Counted from the stretch's first letter, positions 1 to 10,209 are shown. The stretch is 64,000 nucleotides of DNA from Planctomycetaceae bacterium (GCA_007121535.1 SKKK01000168.1:16956-80955); one strand, 5' to 3'. Translations and numbers: made by a program. Notes: generated by a model from the sequence alone, not told the origin.

Positions 1-318
1 GAAGCGTCCGGTTCGAAACGCGCCAGTAGCGTGCGCACCATTTTCGATCTGGCCGTGCATCGGCAAACAATCGAAGCGTTCGATCGCATCGTGATCGAAG
101 TCGAAGCCGACGGGTTCCTGTATAACATGGTGCGAAATATCGTCGGCACGCTTGTCCAGGTCGGACGCGGCAAGCGGCCGGTCAACTGGGTGGCCGAGGT
201 ACTGAAAGCCAAAGACCGAAAGCGGGCGGGGTCGACCGCGCCGCCCGAAGGCCTGTTTCTGCTTCGCGTCTGGTGCGTGGGCGATCGGGAACAAGGATTG
301 AAGGACGGATCGTCCTGA
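1..318 (+). CDS. truA: tRNA pseudouridine(38-40) synthase TruA, C-terminal fragment (5' end outside window)
   Basis: Translation [22 protein letters not shown]...[19 protein letters not shown] matches the conserved TruA C-terminus. The frame is open back to the window edge. Confidence 0.85.
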   Translation, partial: EASGSKRASSVRTIFDLAVHRQTIEAFDRIVIEVEADGFLYNMVRNIVGTLVQVGRGKRPVNWVAEVLKAKDRKRAGSTAPPEGLFLLRVWCVGDREQGLKDGSS

Positions 319-351
319 TTCGAAATCGCAGCGAAGTGGGAAATAGAATCC

Positions 352-1506
352 ATGCGTATTGCGCACATCATTACTCGGATGATCGTTGGCGGAGCCCAGG
401 AAAACACCTTGTTGTGCTGCCAGGATTTGATCCGTCGGTACGGCGACGAAGTGTTGTTGATCACCGGACCGGCGCTGGGGCCCGAAGGTGATCTGCTGGA
501 GCAGGGCAGGGCAGGGGGGGTACCGCTGGCGATGGTGCCTTCGTTGCGGCGATCGATCCATCCATGGCGGGATATCGCCAGTTATCGAACCCTGCGGCAG
601 GTACTCGGCGACTTTCGACCGGATGTCGTCCACACGCACAGCGCTAAAGGCGGCTTCCTGGGCCGCTTGGTGGCGCATGCATTAAAGGTGTCCGCCATCG
701 TGCATACGGTGCACGGCGCGCCGTTTCATCCTTACCAACCGTGGTACGCTCGCCAGTTGTTTCGCTGGTGCGAGACCTATGCCGCACGTCGCTGCCATGC
801 GATCGTCAGCGTCGCCGATGCGATGACGGATTTGCTGGTTCAGGCCCGCGTGACGCCGCGAGAAAAATGTTGCACGGTGTACAGCGGCATGGACGTGGAA
901 CCCTTTCTGCAGGCCGATCAGCACCGCGGGACCATCCGTCGCGAATTGGGATTTTCTGAAGAGGACTTCGTCATCGGCAAGATCGCTCGATTGTTTCACC
1001 TGAAAGGCCACGACGACTTGATCCAGGCGGCTCGGCCCGTCGTCGCTCGATGCCCCCACGTGCGCTTTCTGCTGGTCGGCGACGGCATCCTTCGCCCGCA
1101 GCTCCAGCAGCAGATCGCCCAGGCGGGCTTGACCCAAGCTTTTCACTTCACCGGTCTGGTCCCTCCGGACCGAGTTCCTGTCCTGCTGGGAGCCATGGAC
1201 ATGCTGGTCCATGTAAGCCTTCGCGAAGGCTTGGCTCGCGCCCTGCCTCAGGCCCTGATCGCCGGTCGACCGGCGGTCAGTTACGACATCGACGGCGCGG
1301 CCGAAGTCGTGCTACCAAGCGAAACGGGCTATTTGATTGCCCCTCGGGATACAGATGATTTGACCGCAGCGATGATCCGATTGGCCGAAGATCGCCAGCT
1401 TTGTCGTCGTTTGGGGCAGGCTGGCCGCGATCGGTTTACCGAGCGCTTTGATTATCGGACGATGACCGCCCAGTTGCGACAGATCTACCAGCGGTTGCTG
1501 GGGTAG
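352..1506 (+). CDS. glycosyltransferase family 4 (GT-B fold)
   Basis: 384-aa ORF. N-terminal MRIAHIITRMIVGGAQENTL and C-terminal EGLARALPQALIAGRPAVSYDIDGAAEVV are typical of GT4/GT1 enzymes (E-x7-E region). Confidence 0.85.
   Translation: MRIAHIITRMIVGGAQENTLLCCQDLIRRYGDEVLLITGPALGPEGDLLEQGRAGGVPLAMVPSLRRSIHPWRDIASYRTLRQVLGDFRPDVVHTHSAKGGFLGRLVAHALKVSAIVHTVHGAPFHPYQPWYARQLFRWCETYAARRCHAIVSVADAMTDLLVQARVTPREKCCTVYSGMDVEPFLQADQHRGTIRRELGFSEEDFVIGKIARLFHLKGHDDLIQAARPVVARCPHVRFLLVGDGILRPQLQQQIAQAGLTQAFHFTGLVPPDRVPVLLGAMDMLVHVSLREGLARALPQALIAGRPAVSYDIDGAAEVVLPSETGYLIAPRDTDDLTAAMIRLAEDRQLCRRLGQAGRDRFTERFDYRTMTAQLRQIYQRLLG
501..520 (+). repeat. G-tract motif GCAGGGCAGGGCAGGGGGGG inside the GT4 CDS (encodes EQGRAGG)
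   Basis: Same motif as the intergenic C-rich/G-rich repeat family listed below. G-rich on the sense strand. Confidence 0.7.
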
Positions 1507-1515
1507 GGCAGGGGG
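1500..1515 (+). repeat. G-tract motif GGGGTAGGGCAGGGGG overlapping the GT4 stop codon
   Basis: Direct reading. Member of the GGGYAGGGCAGGGG family. Confidence 0.7.
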
Positions 1516-1586
1516 CCGCGAACGGCTGAAGGCCCCCTATTCGGAGCAATACCAGCCAGCATGGGCCGAGGACTGTTCTTTTTCGG

Positions 1587-2648
<1,062 letters not shown>

Positions 2649-2654
2649 CGACGG

Positions 2655-3686
2655 ATGGACTCCCCTACACCCGCCTTGTCTTTCGAGCAACCGATCCACG
2701 ACCTGGAGGTCCGGCTGCAGAAACTGGTGCGCGAAACCGATCGCCGCCCGGAAACGGAGCAAGAGATCCGCCGTCTGCGGCGCGAGCTGGCCGAGGAGAC
2801 CAAGCAGATCTACGATCATCTGGACCCTTGGCAGACGGTCCAGGTCGCCAGGCACAAAGACCGCCCCTACACGGCCGACTACCTGTCCCTGGTGTTCGAT
2901 GAATTCGTCGAGCTGCATGGCGATCGCCATTTCGGAGACGATCGAGCCCTGCTAGCGGGCTTCGCCAAGCTGGACCGGTTCAAGGTTCTGGTGATCGGGC
3001 ATCAGAAGGGCCGCACGTACAAAGAGCGGGCTGCCTGCTTCTTCGGTTGCGCGCACCCCGAGGGATATCGCAAGGCAATGGCCAAGATGCGGATGGCCGC
3101 CAAGTACCGCTTGCCGGTCATCGCGTTTATCGACACCCCCGGGGCCTACCCGGGCGTGGGCGCGGAAGAACGCGGCCAGGCGTGGGTCATCGCCGAGAAC
3201 ATGTACGAGATGTCGCGCTTGCCCACCCCGATCATCTGCGTGGTCATCGGTGAAGGCGGCAGCGGCGGCGCGCTGGGGATCGGAGTCGGCGATCGGATCG
3301 CCATGTTGCAACACGCCTACTATTCGGTGATCAGCCCCGAAGGCTGTGCCGGCATTTTGTGGAAGGGTCACGAGCACGCCGAGAAAGCCGCGCACGCGCT
3401 GCGATTCACGGCCAAGGATCTGCTCGGATTCGGGATCGTCGACAACGTCATCCCCGAACCGCTCGGCGGCGCGCATCGCGACCACCACCAGATGGCTTCC
3501 CGGATGAAGATTTTCCTGTTGAAAACGCTCCGCGAATTGATCGACGTCCCCACGGATCGGCTGTTGAGCAAACGTTACGAAAAGTTTCGACGGATGGGCG
3601 TCTTCCTGGAAGAACCGGCGGCGGCCGGCGCCGCAGAGAATTGCCCGAATTCTGGCGAATTCGGCTACGATAGCGCAAGGCCGTGA
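2655..3686 (+). CDS. accA: acetyl-CoA carboxylase carboxyltransferase subunit alpha
   Basis: LSFEQPIHDLEVRLQKL..., FIDTPGAYPGVGAEERGQ and IGEGGSGGALGIGVGD are AccA hallmarks. The last ~20 codons and the stop lie in a REP-like repeat. Confidence 0.95.
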   Translation: MDSPTPALSFEQPIHDLEVRLQKLVRETDRRPETEQEIRRLRRELAEETKQIYDHLDPWQTVQVARHKDRPYTADYLSLVFDEFVELHGDRHFGDDRALLAGFAKLDRFKVLVIGHQKGRTYKERAACFFGCAHPEGYRKAMAKMRMAAKYRLPVIAFIDTPGAYPGVGAEERGQAWVIAENMYEMSRLPTPIICVVIGEGGSGGALGIGVGDRIAMLQHAYYSVISPEGCAGILWKGHEHAEKAAHALRFTAKDLLGFGIVDNVIPEPLGGAHRDHHQMASRMKIFLLKTLRELIDVPTDRLLSKRYEKFRRMGVFLEEPAAAGAAENCPNSGEFGYDSARP

Positions 3687-3760
3687 AGGATTTTTGTAGT
3701 CGAATTCTCCAGAATTCGGACAATCTCTTGGGTATTCCGAATTCTGGCGAATTCGGCTAC
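3645..3760. repeat. BIME/REP-like cluster: three GAATTC-palindrome units (3645-3668, 3700-3720, 3737-3760)
   Basis: Units are CCGAATTC-TGGC-GAATTCGG(CTAC), an 8-bp stem with a 4-nt loop, and an oppositely oriented variant CGAATTCTCCAGAATTCGG. The same units recur at 48228-48318 and 63851-63912. Confidence 0.85.
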
Positions 3761-3857
3761 TTCTGCCTGCAACGTCCGATAATGTTTCTTATGTTCGGTT
3801 GCCAGGCGGTTTTTCGCTGGAAAACGGCCATAGGCTCGATCCGGGGGCCATCGATGG

Positions 3858-4568
3858 TCAATCCGCCGTCGATCGGCGGTTTAACCAACGCCGGATGGCG
3901 TCGTCTTCGGCCGTTTCGGCCTCGTTGTCCGGCTGGATGCCGATTCCCAACGGCAGCCATCCGGAGTCCGAATCGTCGACCGCACTGCCTTCGCCGACGC
4001 CCTCATCCGGCGATGGCGACAACCAACGAGGCGACGATTCCGCTCGTTGATCCAGCGACCGCATGTACGGCGCCAAAACATCGCGCAATTCGTCCGGCAT
4101 GACCCCTCGCGCCCGATCCAACAGCATGGCGATGTAGTACCCTGAGCGGGAATGGACGATCGCCTGTTGCTGCGACTGGCCCAGCAGGGTGACCGCGAAC
4201 AGGGTGATGATCACGCACCACAGGACGCCGCGAGCCAGCCCTAGGACGGCGCCCGCATGCCGGTCGAACTCCTTCAGCTTGACCCGCTCGATCAAGTCCG
4301 AAACGAATCGGAAGGCGATCCAGATGATCAGCGAGCACCCCAGGAACAGGATCAGCATTGCCAGGAATTTGTTCCAGGGGGGCGAGGCGCGTAGCAGAGC
4401 CCCCACCGGCTCGCGGAATTGGCAAGCGACAAAAAAGCTGACGACGATGGAGGCGATCGATGCCACCTGCCAAGCGAGGCCCTTCCATGCTCCGAACAGC
4501 GTTGCTAGCACCAGCACGCCCAGCATGATCAAATCGTAAACTTGCATCGCAACGAATTCCCGTGACAC
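3858..4568 (-). CDS. cvpA: CvpA family membrane protein
   Basis: N-terminus MQVYDLIMLGVLVLATLFGAWKGLAWQVASIASIVVSFFVA plus four hydrophobic helices, typical of CvpA. Confidence 0.8.
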   Translation of the reverse strand: MSREFVAMQVYDLIMLGVLVLATLFGAWKGLAWQVASIASIVVSFFVACQFREPVGALLRASPPWNKFLAMLILFLGCSLIIWIAFRFVSDLIERVKLKEFDRHAGAVLGLARGVLWCVIITLFAVTLLGQSQQQAIVHSRSGYYIAMLLDRARGVMPDELRDVLAPYMRSLDQRAESSPRWLSPSPDEGVGEGSAVDDSDSGWLPLGIGIQPDNEAETAEDDAIRRWLNRRSTAD

Positions 4569-4798
4569 AGGGCGGCAGGGCCGCCAGCCAAATCTGAGCC
4601 AAGTCTTTCGGACGAGAATTGCCCGACAAGTACCCGTCGGCGGCGAGTATACCGACGAACGCCCAACCAGCGAATATCAATCGATTGGGCTTGGAGCCTT
4701 TTTCCAGCCTCGGTATAGTTTGCCCTCGCAACTCGAAACGCAAGCAGGGCGGCAGCAGTGAAAGCATCGCGCGCATCGGGCGATCGGAAAGGGGAACA

Positions 4799-5743
4799 AT
4801 GGCAGGATTCAAGACGCATATCGGTGTCAGTACCGCGCTAGGGATCGGGTACGGAGCCGTCGGATATGCAAGCGGGATACCGGCATCCACGTGCATGGTC
4901 GCCGCCGGTCTGTGCAGCGTCTCGGGAATGCTGCCCGATCTGGACAGCGATTCCGGGGTTCCCGTCCGCGAGACGATGGCCTTTTTCGCAGCCGTCGTTC
5001 CCGCGTTGATGATCCCGCGATTCATCCAGCTAGGATTCGATTGGGAACAGATCGTCGTCGCCGCCGGATTGATTTACCTGGCATTCCGGTTCTGTATCGC
5101 CGAGATCTTCAAGCGGTTTTCCGTCCACCGAGGCATGTGGCACAGCATTCCGGCCGCAGCGATCGCGGGACTGCTGGCATTCTTGATCGTATCCGGCGCC
5201 AGCCTCGAAATCCGTTTGTTCAAGACGGCTGCCGTCGTGCTGGGGTTCATGATCCATCTGGTGTTGGACGAATTCTGGAGCTTCGAGGTGCGGAGGGGCC
5301 GGCTGCGCATCAAACGATCGCTGGGAACCGCTCTGAAGCTGTGGAGTACCCGTAGCGTGTGGCCCAACCTGGCCGCCTACGGAAAACTGGCGCTGCTGGT
5401 CGTGTTGGTCGTTCAAGATCCCTACTTGATGGATCAGTTGGGCATCGAACGATCCGATCTGACCGCCAAACCGCAGCAGTGGCTGGAACACGTGGTCAAC
5501 CGCAATGAATCATGGCTGCCGGACTGGAATCTGGCAGGCAACTCTCAGGACATCGAACCGCTGACCGATACTCCCGACACGGAAATCCGCGAAAACGAAT
5601 CGAGCGGTGACAACGAAGCATCGTCGGCGTGGACGCCGGTGGAACACCACCGAGAAGAACCCCGTGACGAGCCCGCGTCGCTTGAAGAAACCGCTAGAAG
5701 GCTCTTCGGCTATCCAACAGAACCGTCACCGGTCCGTCGTTGA
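4799..5743 (+). CDS. membrane-bound metal-dependent hydrolase (YdjM/DUF457-like)
   Basis: From the ATG at 4799: [23 protein letters not shown]...LPDLDSDSG...HRGMWHS. This is the DUF457-type His/Asp pattern with multiple TM helices. The acidic C-terminal tail overlaps the dtd 3' end (convergent). Confidence 0.65.
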   Translation: MAGFKTHIGVSTALGIGYGAVGYASGIPASTCMVAAGLCSVSGMLPDLDSDSGVPVRETMAFFAAVVPALMIPRFIQLGFDWEQIVVAAGLIYLAFRFCIAEIFKRFSVHRGMWHSIPAAAIAGLLAFLIVSGASLEIRLFKTAAVVLGFMIHLVLDEFWSFEVRRGRLRIKRSLGTALKLWSTRSVWPNLAAYGKLALLVVLVVQDPYLMDQLGIERSDLTAKPQQWLEHVVNRNESWLPDWNLAGNSQDIEPLTDTPDTEIRENESSGDNEASSAWTPVEHHREEPRDEPASLEETARRLFGYPTEPSPVRR

Positions 5744-6143
5744 TCAACGCGACGTCCATGTGGGCCTGAAAGCGTCCGGTCGCCACGTGGACACCGTGAG
5801 ACTGCACGTCCGCGACGAATTGCGAGTACAATCGCTGGGCGATCTCCGGACCGGCCGCCTGGACAAAACTGGGCCGACGACCTTTGCGACAATCACCCAG
5901 CAAAGTGAACTGGCTGACCACCAGCATCTGACCGCCGATGTCCAGCAGCGACCGATTCATCTTGCCATCCTGGTCGTTGAAGATCCGCAGGGTCGCGATC
6001 TTTTCGGCCAGATAGGCTGCGTCTTTCGATTGATCGTCGCCGGTGACGCCCAGCAGCACGAGCAGTCCGCAACCGATCTGCCCGACGATGTGCCCGTCGA
6101 CGGTCACGCTTGCCTGGCTGACCCGCTGCACACACGCTCGCAT
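5694..6143 (-). CDS. dtd: D-aminoacyl-tRNA deacylase
   Basis: [17 protein letters not shown]...LLVLLGV...[15 protein letters not shown]...VVSQFTL...KGRRPSF is the Dtd signature. Confidence 0.95.
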   Translation of the reverse strand: MRACVQRVSQASVTVDGHIVGQIGCGLLVLLGVTGDDQSKDAAYLAEKIATLRIFNDQDGKMNRSLLDIGGQMLVVSQFTLLGDCRKGRRPSFVQAAGPEIAQRLYSQFVADVQSHGVHVATGRFQAHMDVALINDGPVTVLLDSRRAF

Positions 6144-6152
6144 CCGGCCGAT

Positions 6153-6191
6153 CCCCTGCCCTACACTGCCCTACCCTGCCCCGCCCTGCCC
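6153..6191 (-). repeat. array of seven G-tracts (on the minus strand) between tpx and dtd
   Basis: Plus strand reads CCCCTGCCCTACACTGCCCTACCCTGCCCCGCCCTGCCC. The minus strand therefore reads GGGCAGGGCGGGGCAGGGTAGGGCAGTGTAGGGCAGGGG. Confidence 0.8.
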
Positions 6192-6302
6192 GTCCACGAT
6201 GCCTCGTCTGAGCGGAGATTTCAGGTAGCCACGATCGCCAGCCCGTTGTCTTTCAACACGCGAACGAGTGCAGCTACCCGAAAACCAAGCGATGAACACG
6301 CA

Positions 6303-6827
6303 CTAGGAATCAAGTAGCTTCTGCAACGCAGCCAACGCCGCCTCGTAGTCCGGTTCCGAGGTCACCTCGGACACCGTTTCCGCATGGACCACGGTCCCGG
6401 CGGAATCCAAGACGAACACGCCGCGAGCCAACAGCTTCAATTCTTCGATCAGCATGCCCCAGTTCAACCCGAAGCTGCGTTCCTGGTAATCGCTGCCGAC
6501 TCGCATATTGGTGATGTTTTCGGCGCCGCAGAATCGACCTTGGGCGAACGGCAGGTCCAGACTGACCGTCAAGGCGTTGATCCGGTCGCCCAGCGCCGCC
6601 AAGTGCTGGTTGAACTTCTGAGTCTGCACCTGGCACACGGGGGTATCCAACGACGGCACCACGCTGACGATACTCGGCTTGCCCTTCAAATCCGCCAACG
6701 AGATCGTCTGCAGACCGTCCTGGTAATAATGCAGTGTAAAGTCGGGCGCGGGTTGTCCCACCTCGAGCGCTTGGCCGGCCAAAGTTAACGGAGTGCCCTT
6801 GAAAGTAACCGCAGCAGCACGCGACAT
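6303..6827 (-). CDS. tpx: thiol peroxidase
   Basis: PAPDFTL...SVVPSLDTPVCQVQTQKFN...FCGAE, the Tpx peroxidatic and resolving Cys context. Confidence 0.95.
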   Translation of the reverse strand: MSRAAAVTFKGTPLTLAGQALEVGQPAPDFTLHYYQDGLQTISLADLKGKPSIVSVVPSLDTPVCQVQTQKFNQHLAALGDRINALTVSLDLPFAQGRFCGAENITNMRVGSDYQERSFGLNWGMLIEELKLLARGVFVLDSAGTVVHAETVSEVTSEPDYEAALAALQKLLDS

Positions 6828-6917
6828 GATTCGTTCTCCTTTTCACAAAGTCATGGATTTCTTGCGAAGTGCATCTTCGACATATGCGAAGTATTGACAA
6901 ACCTTGATCGTTTGCAA

Positions 6918-6934
6918 CCCCCCTGCCCTGCCCC
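6918..6934 (-). repeat. C-rich/G-tract motif copy (CCCCCCTGCCCTGCCCC on plus)
   Basis: Direct reading. Lies upstream of the tpx start. Confidence 0.7.
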
Positions 6935-6973
6935 GACGCTGACTCGGCGCCCCGAATCACCACATTACGCATC

Positions 6974-7546
6974 TTGCGTTACGCATCGTGCGTAATTTTC
7001 GTGGATTCGCGTTCGCGAACCAGCGATCAGATGATCCAGGCCGCGCGCAGCGGACGACAGAACATTGCCGAGGGAAGCCGTGCGTCGGCAACATCATCGC
7101 AAACGGAATTGCGGCTGGTCAACGTGGCGCGGGCCAGTCTGGAAGAGCTGCTGCTGGATTTCGAGGACTACCTGCGTCATCGCGGCCTGCCGCAGCGGGC
7201 TTCCGATTCACCGCCGGCCCTGGAGGTTCGAAACGTGGGCCGTGGCCTGAACCATTCGTCCGATCAGTCGGATCTGACCCATTCGACAGATCCTCCGGAC
7301 CAAGCGGCCACTCGCATCGCAGACGATCGTCGCTACGCGAGGTACGCTCGTTGGTTGGACCACGAGCGCGCCGAAATCCGCGCCAACGCCATCATCTGTT
7401 TGATCCATCAGACAGATCCAGTTCCCCAATGTCGCCGCTGCCAAGCTTTGATGGTGTTGCGCACCGCGAAATCGGGTTCCAACGCTGGACAACAGTTTTG
7501 GGGCTGTACGCGTTACCCCGAATGCAAAGGAACCGTGAACTTGTGA
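6974..7546 (+). CDS. four-helix-bundle (TIGR02436-like) protein with C-terminal topoisomerase-type zinc ribbon; N-terminus looks truncated
   Basis: QAARSGRQNIAEGSRASATSSQTELRLVNVARASLEELLLDFEDYL matches four-helix-bundle ('23S rRNA IVS') proteins. The C-terminus is CRRCQALMVLRTAKSGSNAGQQFWGCTRYPECKG, a CxxC...GCxxYPxC ribbon. Alternative start ATG at 7031. Confidence 0.6.
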   Translation: MRYASCVIFVDSRSRTSDQMIQAARSGRQNIAEGSRASATSSQTELRLVNVARASLEELLLDFEDYLRHRGLPQRASDSPPALEVRNVGRGLNHSSDQSDLTHSTDPPDQAATRIADDRRYARYARWLDHERAEIRANAIICLIHQTDPVPQCRRCQALMVLRTAKSGSNAGQQFWGCTRYPECKGTVNL

Positions 7547-7574
7547 TTGCAAACACGTTCCTGTTTTGTCCACA

Positions 7575-7588
7575 CCCCCCTGCCCTGC
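7575..7588 (-). repeat. C-rich/G-tract motif copy
   Basis: CCCCCCTGCCCTGC at the right end of the 6998-7590 element. Confidence 0.7.
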
Positions 7589-7616
7589 TGGCCGATCTTG
7601 CTATTGGCCGTACCCG

Positions 7617-8876
7617 TCAGTGTTTCAGACGCGTCAGATCAGGCTCGACGTGCCGGTTCTCTTTCAGCAGTTCGTCCATGGTCATGAAGCCCTTCCGCAA
7701 ACAAGCTTCGCGACCCAGGATCGTCGCCAGACAACTGTCGATTCCCATGCGGACGGTCTCGTTGGCTACGTTGCCCGCCGCGACGTCCTGGTAGAACGTG
7801 GCGATGTTACGGATGGCGCCTGCAGCGTACAAATTGTCGATCGAACCGCCCGGATAATGATGCGAGCCGCCTCGGATCATCGCTCGGCCGCCATAGCCGA
7901 TCCGCATGTAGGCGTCGCCCAGAAACTCGCAGGTTGCCAGCGGATCATCGGGACCTGTCAACCCGCGAGCGTGCCGTCCGGTATGCGTCCACAGCAAGCC
8001 ATCATCGAATTCGAACGTGATGCCAAACGAGTCGTGGCTATCGCCATGCGGATCGCTACGTCGAGTGCTAGAGATCCCCGCCGCCGCCACCGGGGCTTTG
8101 TCCAAGACCCACATCATCGCTTGAATCGGGTGGATACAAGCGTTGACGTGATAACTGCCGCCGATCGCCGTGTCGTTCACCCAAACCAGCGAGCGCAAGC
8201 GGCTCTCGATCGTGTCGGTCAGCGGCGGGTCGCCGAACAGCCCGCCGTAGTAGAAGCTCTTGACCATGCTCAACGTCCTTAACGCCCCGGCCCGGAATCG
8301 TTCGGCACACTCGATCACGTGCGGATCGGTCGGCATCTGGTAGTCCACCAGAAAACACTGCTGCTGCTGGGCTGCTTTCTTGGCTGCCGCTTCGACCTTC
8401 TGGCAGCCCGGCACGTCGATCGCCACTGGCTTGGCCACGAACACGTGCAATCCGGCATCGACGGACGCCTGAATGTGGTCGGGAAAGAAGCACGGCGGAG
8501 CCTCCAACGCGACCGCCTCGACACCGCTGTCGATCAGGCGTCGATACCCGGCCAAGCCGCTGAAACGACGCGACGGCTCGACGCCCAATTCCTGGCCCGC
8601 CGCGTCTGCGACCTCTTGAAAGTAATCCGCCACAGCATGAATCTCGTAGCCTCCGTGATCGCGGAAAAGGCGAGCGATCCACAACCCGCGACCACCACAG
8701 CCGACCACTCCCAGCTTGATCTTGCGTTCCGATTTGTCGGCTGCCGCTGCGCGACCCGTCGCTAACTTGCCCATGACTGCGGACGCGGCCAACATCGCGG
8801 TACCCGCCACGAAGTCACGACGACCAAAACTACCATCCCCAATCGCTCCAATGGAACTGTCGTGTTGGTTCATCAC
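7617..8876 (-). CDS. Gfo/Idh/MocA family oxidoreductase with Tat signal
   Basis: RRDFVAGTAMLAASAV twin-arginine leader, then the KIKLGVVGCGGRG Rossmann motif. Confidence 0.9.
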   Translation of the reverse strand: MMNQHDSSIGAIGDGSFGRRDFVAGTAMLAASAVMGKLATGRAAAADKSERKIKLGVVGCGGRGLWIARLFRDHGGYEIHAVADYFQEVADAAGQELGVEPSRRFSGLAGYRRLIDSGVEAVALEAPPCFFPDHIQASVDAGLHVFVAKPVAIDVPGCQKVEAAAKKAAQQQQCFLVDYQMPTDPHVIECAERFRAGALRTLSMVKSFYYGGLFGDPPLTDTIESRLRSLVWVNDTAIGGSYHVNACIHPIQAMMWVLDKAPVAAAGISSTRRSDPHGDSHDSFGITFEFDDGLLWTHTGRHARGLTGPDDPLATCEFLGDAYMRIGYGGRAMIRGGSHHYPGGSIDNLYAAGAIRNIATFYQDVAAGNVANETVRMGIDSCLATILGREACLRKGFMTMDELLKENRHVEPDLTRLKH

Positions 8877-9128
8877 AACCTCCCTTTCCTCTTACCCAAA
8901 AAACAAGCCGAAACGATAGCACTTTTCTTCTCCCTTGATCCCATCCAGCTTAATCCATCGACACACGTTAAGAAACTACCGGAACGTTCGCATGTCGACT
9001 CGTTCCCAATAGTGTTGTTGACGAAAAGTATCATGCCTCGAATCCGAGCCAGTGGCAGCCATCGCGAACAACGCAGTTTTCAGATCGCCACTTTGACTTT
9101 CGATGCCACCTATTGGTTCTGCGATCGA

Positions 9129-9270
9129 TTCGTGGATTCGCGTTGGCGAACCTTTCCAACGTGGGACAACAGTCTTGGGGCTATATGCGTTACCCCGAAT
9201 GCAAAGGAACCCTGAAGTTGTGATTGCAAAGAAATCCCGATTCTGTCCACTGCCCCCCTGCCCTGCCCCG
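9129..9270 (+). repeat. internally deleted, decayed copy of the 6998-7590 four-helix-bundle/zinc-ribbon element
   Basis: 9129-9152 (TTCGTGGATTCGCGTTGGCGAACC) matches 6998-7021. 9153-9270 matches 7477-7590, including the terminal CCCCCCTGCCCTGCCCC. A zinc-ligand codon TGT has become TAT. Confidence 0.8.
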
Positions 9271-9462
9271 CTCGATCGCTTGGGCTCTTTGAATCGCCCA
9301 CTTTTCGTCAGACAGCAGGTCGAGAACACTGCTTCTGGGGGGCGGCATTTGCTCTGGGTAAACTGCCTGATACTCGAATCTGGCGATTTGTGATAGGATG
9401 CGTGAGAGCTTGTGTTCGAGACAAGCGGGCTCGATGCACCCTTCGCCGGGAGAATTCCTACC

Positions 9463-10209
9463 ATGCCGATACACGATTGGAGCCGGGTGGATGCGGGTAC
9501 GTTCCACGATTTCCATCAGGCTTGGACGATCGAAATTCGAAACGAATTGAATGCCGGGTTGCTGCCTGTGGGTTTCTTCGCAATGGCCGAGCAGGTTGTG
9601 GGCGGGCCGATCCCGGATGTCATCACGTTACAGCGGCGTGAGCGGCCTGGGGAAGATACGCCGCTGGTCGGTGGAACGGCGGTCGCCGAGGCGCCGCCGC
9701 GCGCGGCCTACGTGACTTCGGCAGCGAGCGACTGTTACGCGCGACGAGCGAATCGGATCGCGATTCGACACCGGTTGGGGCGGGTCGTGGCCGTGCTGGA
9801 GATCGTTTCACCGGGGAACAAGGGCAGCCACCACGCGCTGCGGACGTTGGTTGCCAAAGCGGAAGATCTCCTGCGCCAAGGCATCCATCTGCTGGTCGTC
9901 GATCTGTTTCCGCCGTCCAGTCGCGATCCGCAAGGGATCCACAAGGCGATCTGGGACTCGATCCAGGAGGAACCGTTCGAACTGCCGCCGGACAAGCCGT
10001 TGACCGTCGCCGCGTACGAGGCCGGCGAGCTGCTGACGGCCTATGTCGAACCCGTCGCCGTCGGCGATCCGCTGCCGTCCCTGCCCCTGTTCCTGGAACC
10101 GGGCCTGCACATCCCGGCGCCGCTGGAATCCACCTACCAAACCACTTGGACCAAGTGCCCCGCCGTCATCCGCGAACTGGTCGAGAGCCCCGACGGCCCG
10201 ATCGGTTAG
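9463..10209 (+). CDS. DUF4058 family protein
   Basis: MPIHDWSRVDAGTFHDFHQAWTIEIRNELNAGLLP is the characteristic DUF4058 N-terminus. Confidence 0.85.
   Translation: MPIHDWSRVDAGTFHDFHQAWTIEIRNELNAGLLPVGFFAMAEQVVGGPIPDVITLQRRERPGEDTPLVGGTAVAEAPPRAAYVTSAASDCYARRANRIAIRHRLGRVVAVLEIVSPGNKGSHHALRTLVAKAEDLLRQGIHLLVVDLFPPSSRDPQGIHKAIWDSIQEEPFELPPDKPLTVAAYEAGELLTAYVEPVAVGDPLPSLPLFLEPGLHIPAPLESTYQTTWTKCPAVIRELVESPDGPIG

Noticed and set aside
3645-3760. Possibility that the clustered GAATTC repeats (also 48228-48318, 63851-63912) are mini CRISPR arrays
   Set aside because: - Only two or three units occur per site, in alternating orientation and with irregular 8-36-nt spacing.
- The units are self-complementary 20-24-mers, and no cas genes are present.
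- This fits REP/BIME elements, not CRISPR.
3683-4102. 139-aa ORF beginning MKDFCSRILQNSDNLLGIPNSGEFGY
   Set aside because: The N-terminus is just the translation of the REP units, and the remainder is antisense to cvpA.
4003-5025. 340-aa minus-strand ORF
   Set aside because: It overlaps cvpA in another frame and runs antisense to the DUF457-like hydrolase gene. No motif.
6974-7546. Four-helix-bundle gene as the Avd component of a diversity-generating retroelement
   Set aside because: There is no reverse transcriptase gene and no template/variable repeat pair with adenine-specific differences nearby. The only repeat is the deletion derivative at 9129-9270.
8976-9464. 162-aa minus-strand ORF between the oxidoreductase and DUF4058 genes
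   Set aside because: It spans the decayed repeat copy and the G-tract motif. Composition is not protein-like and no motif is present.
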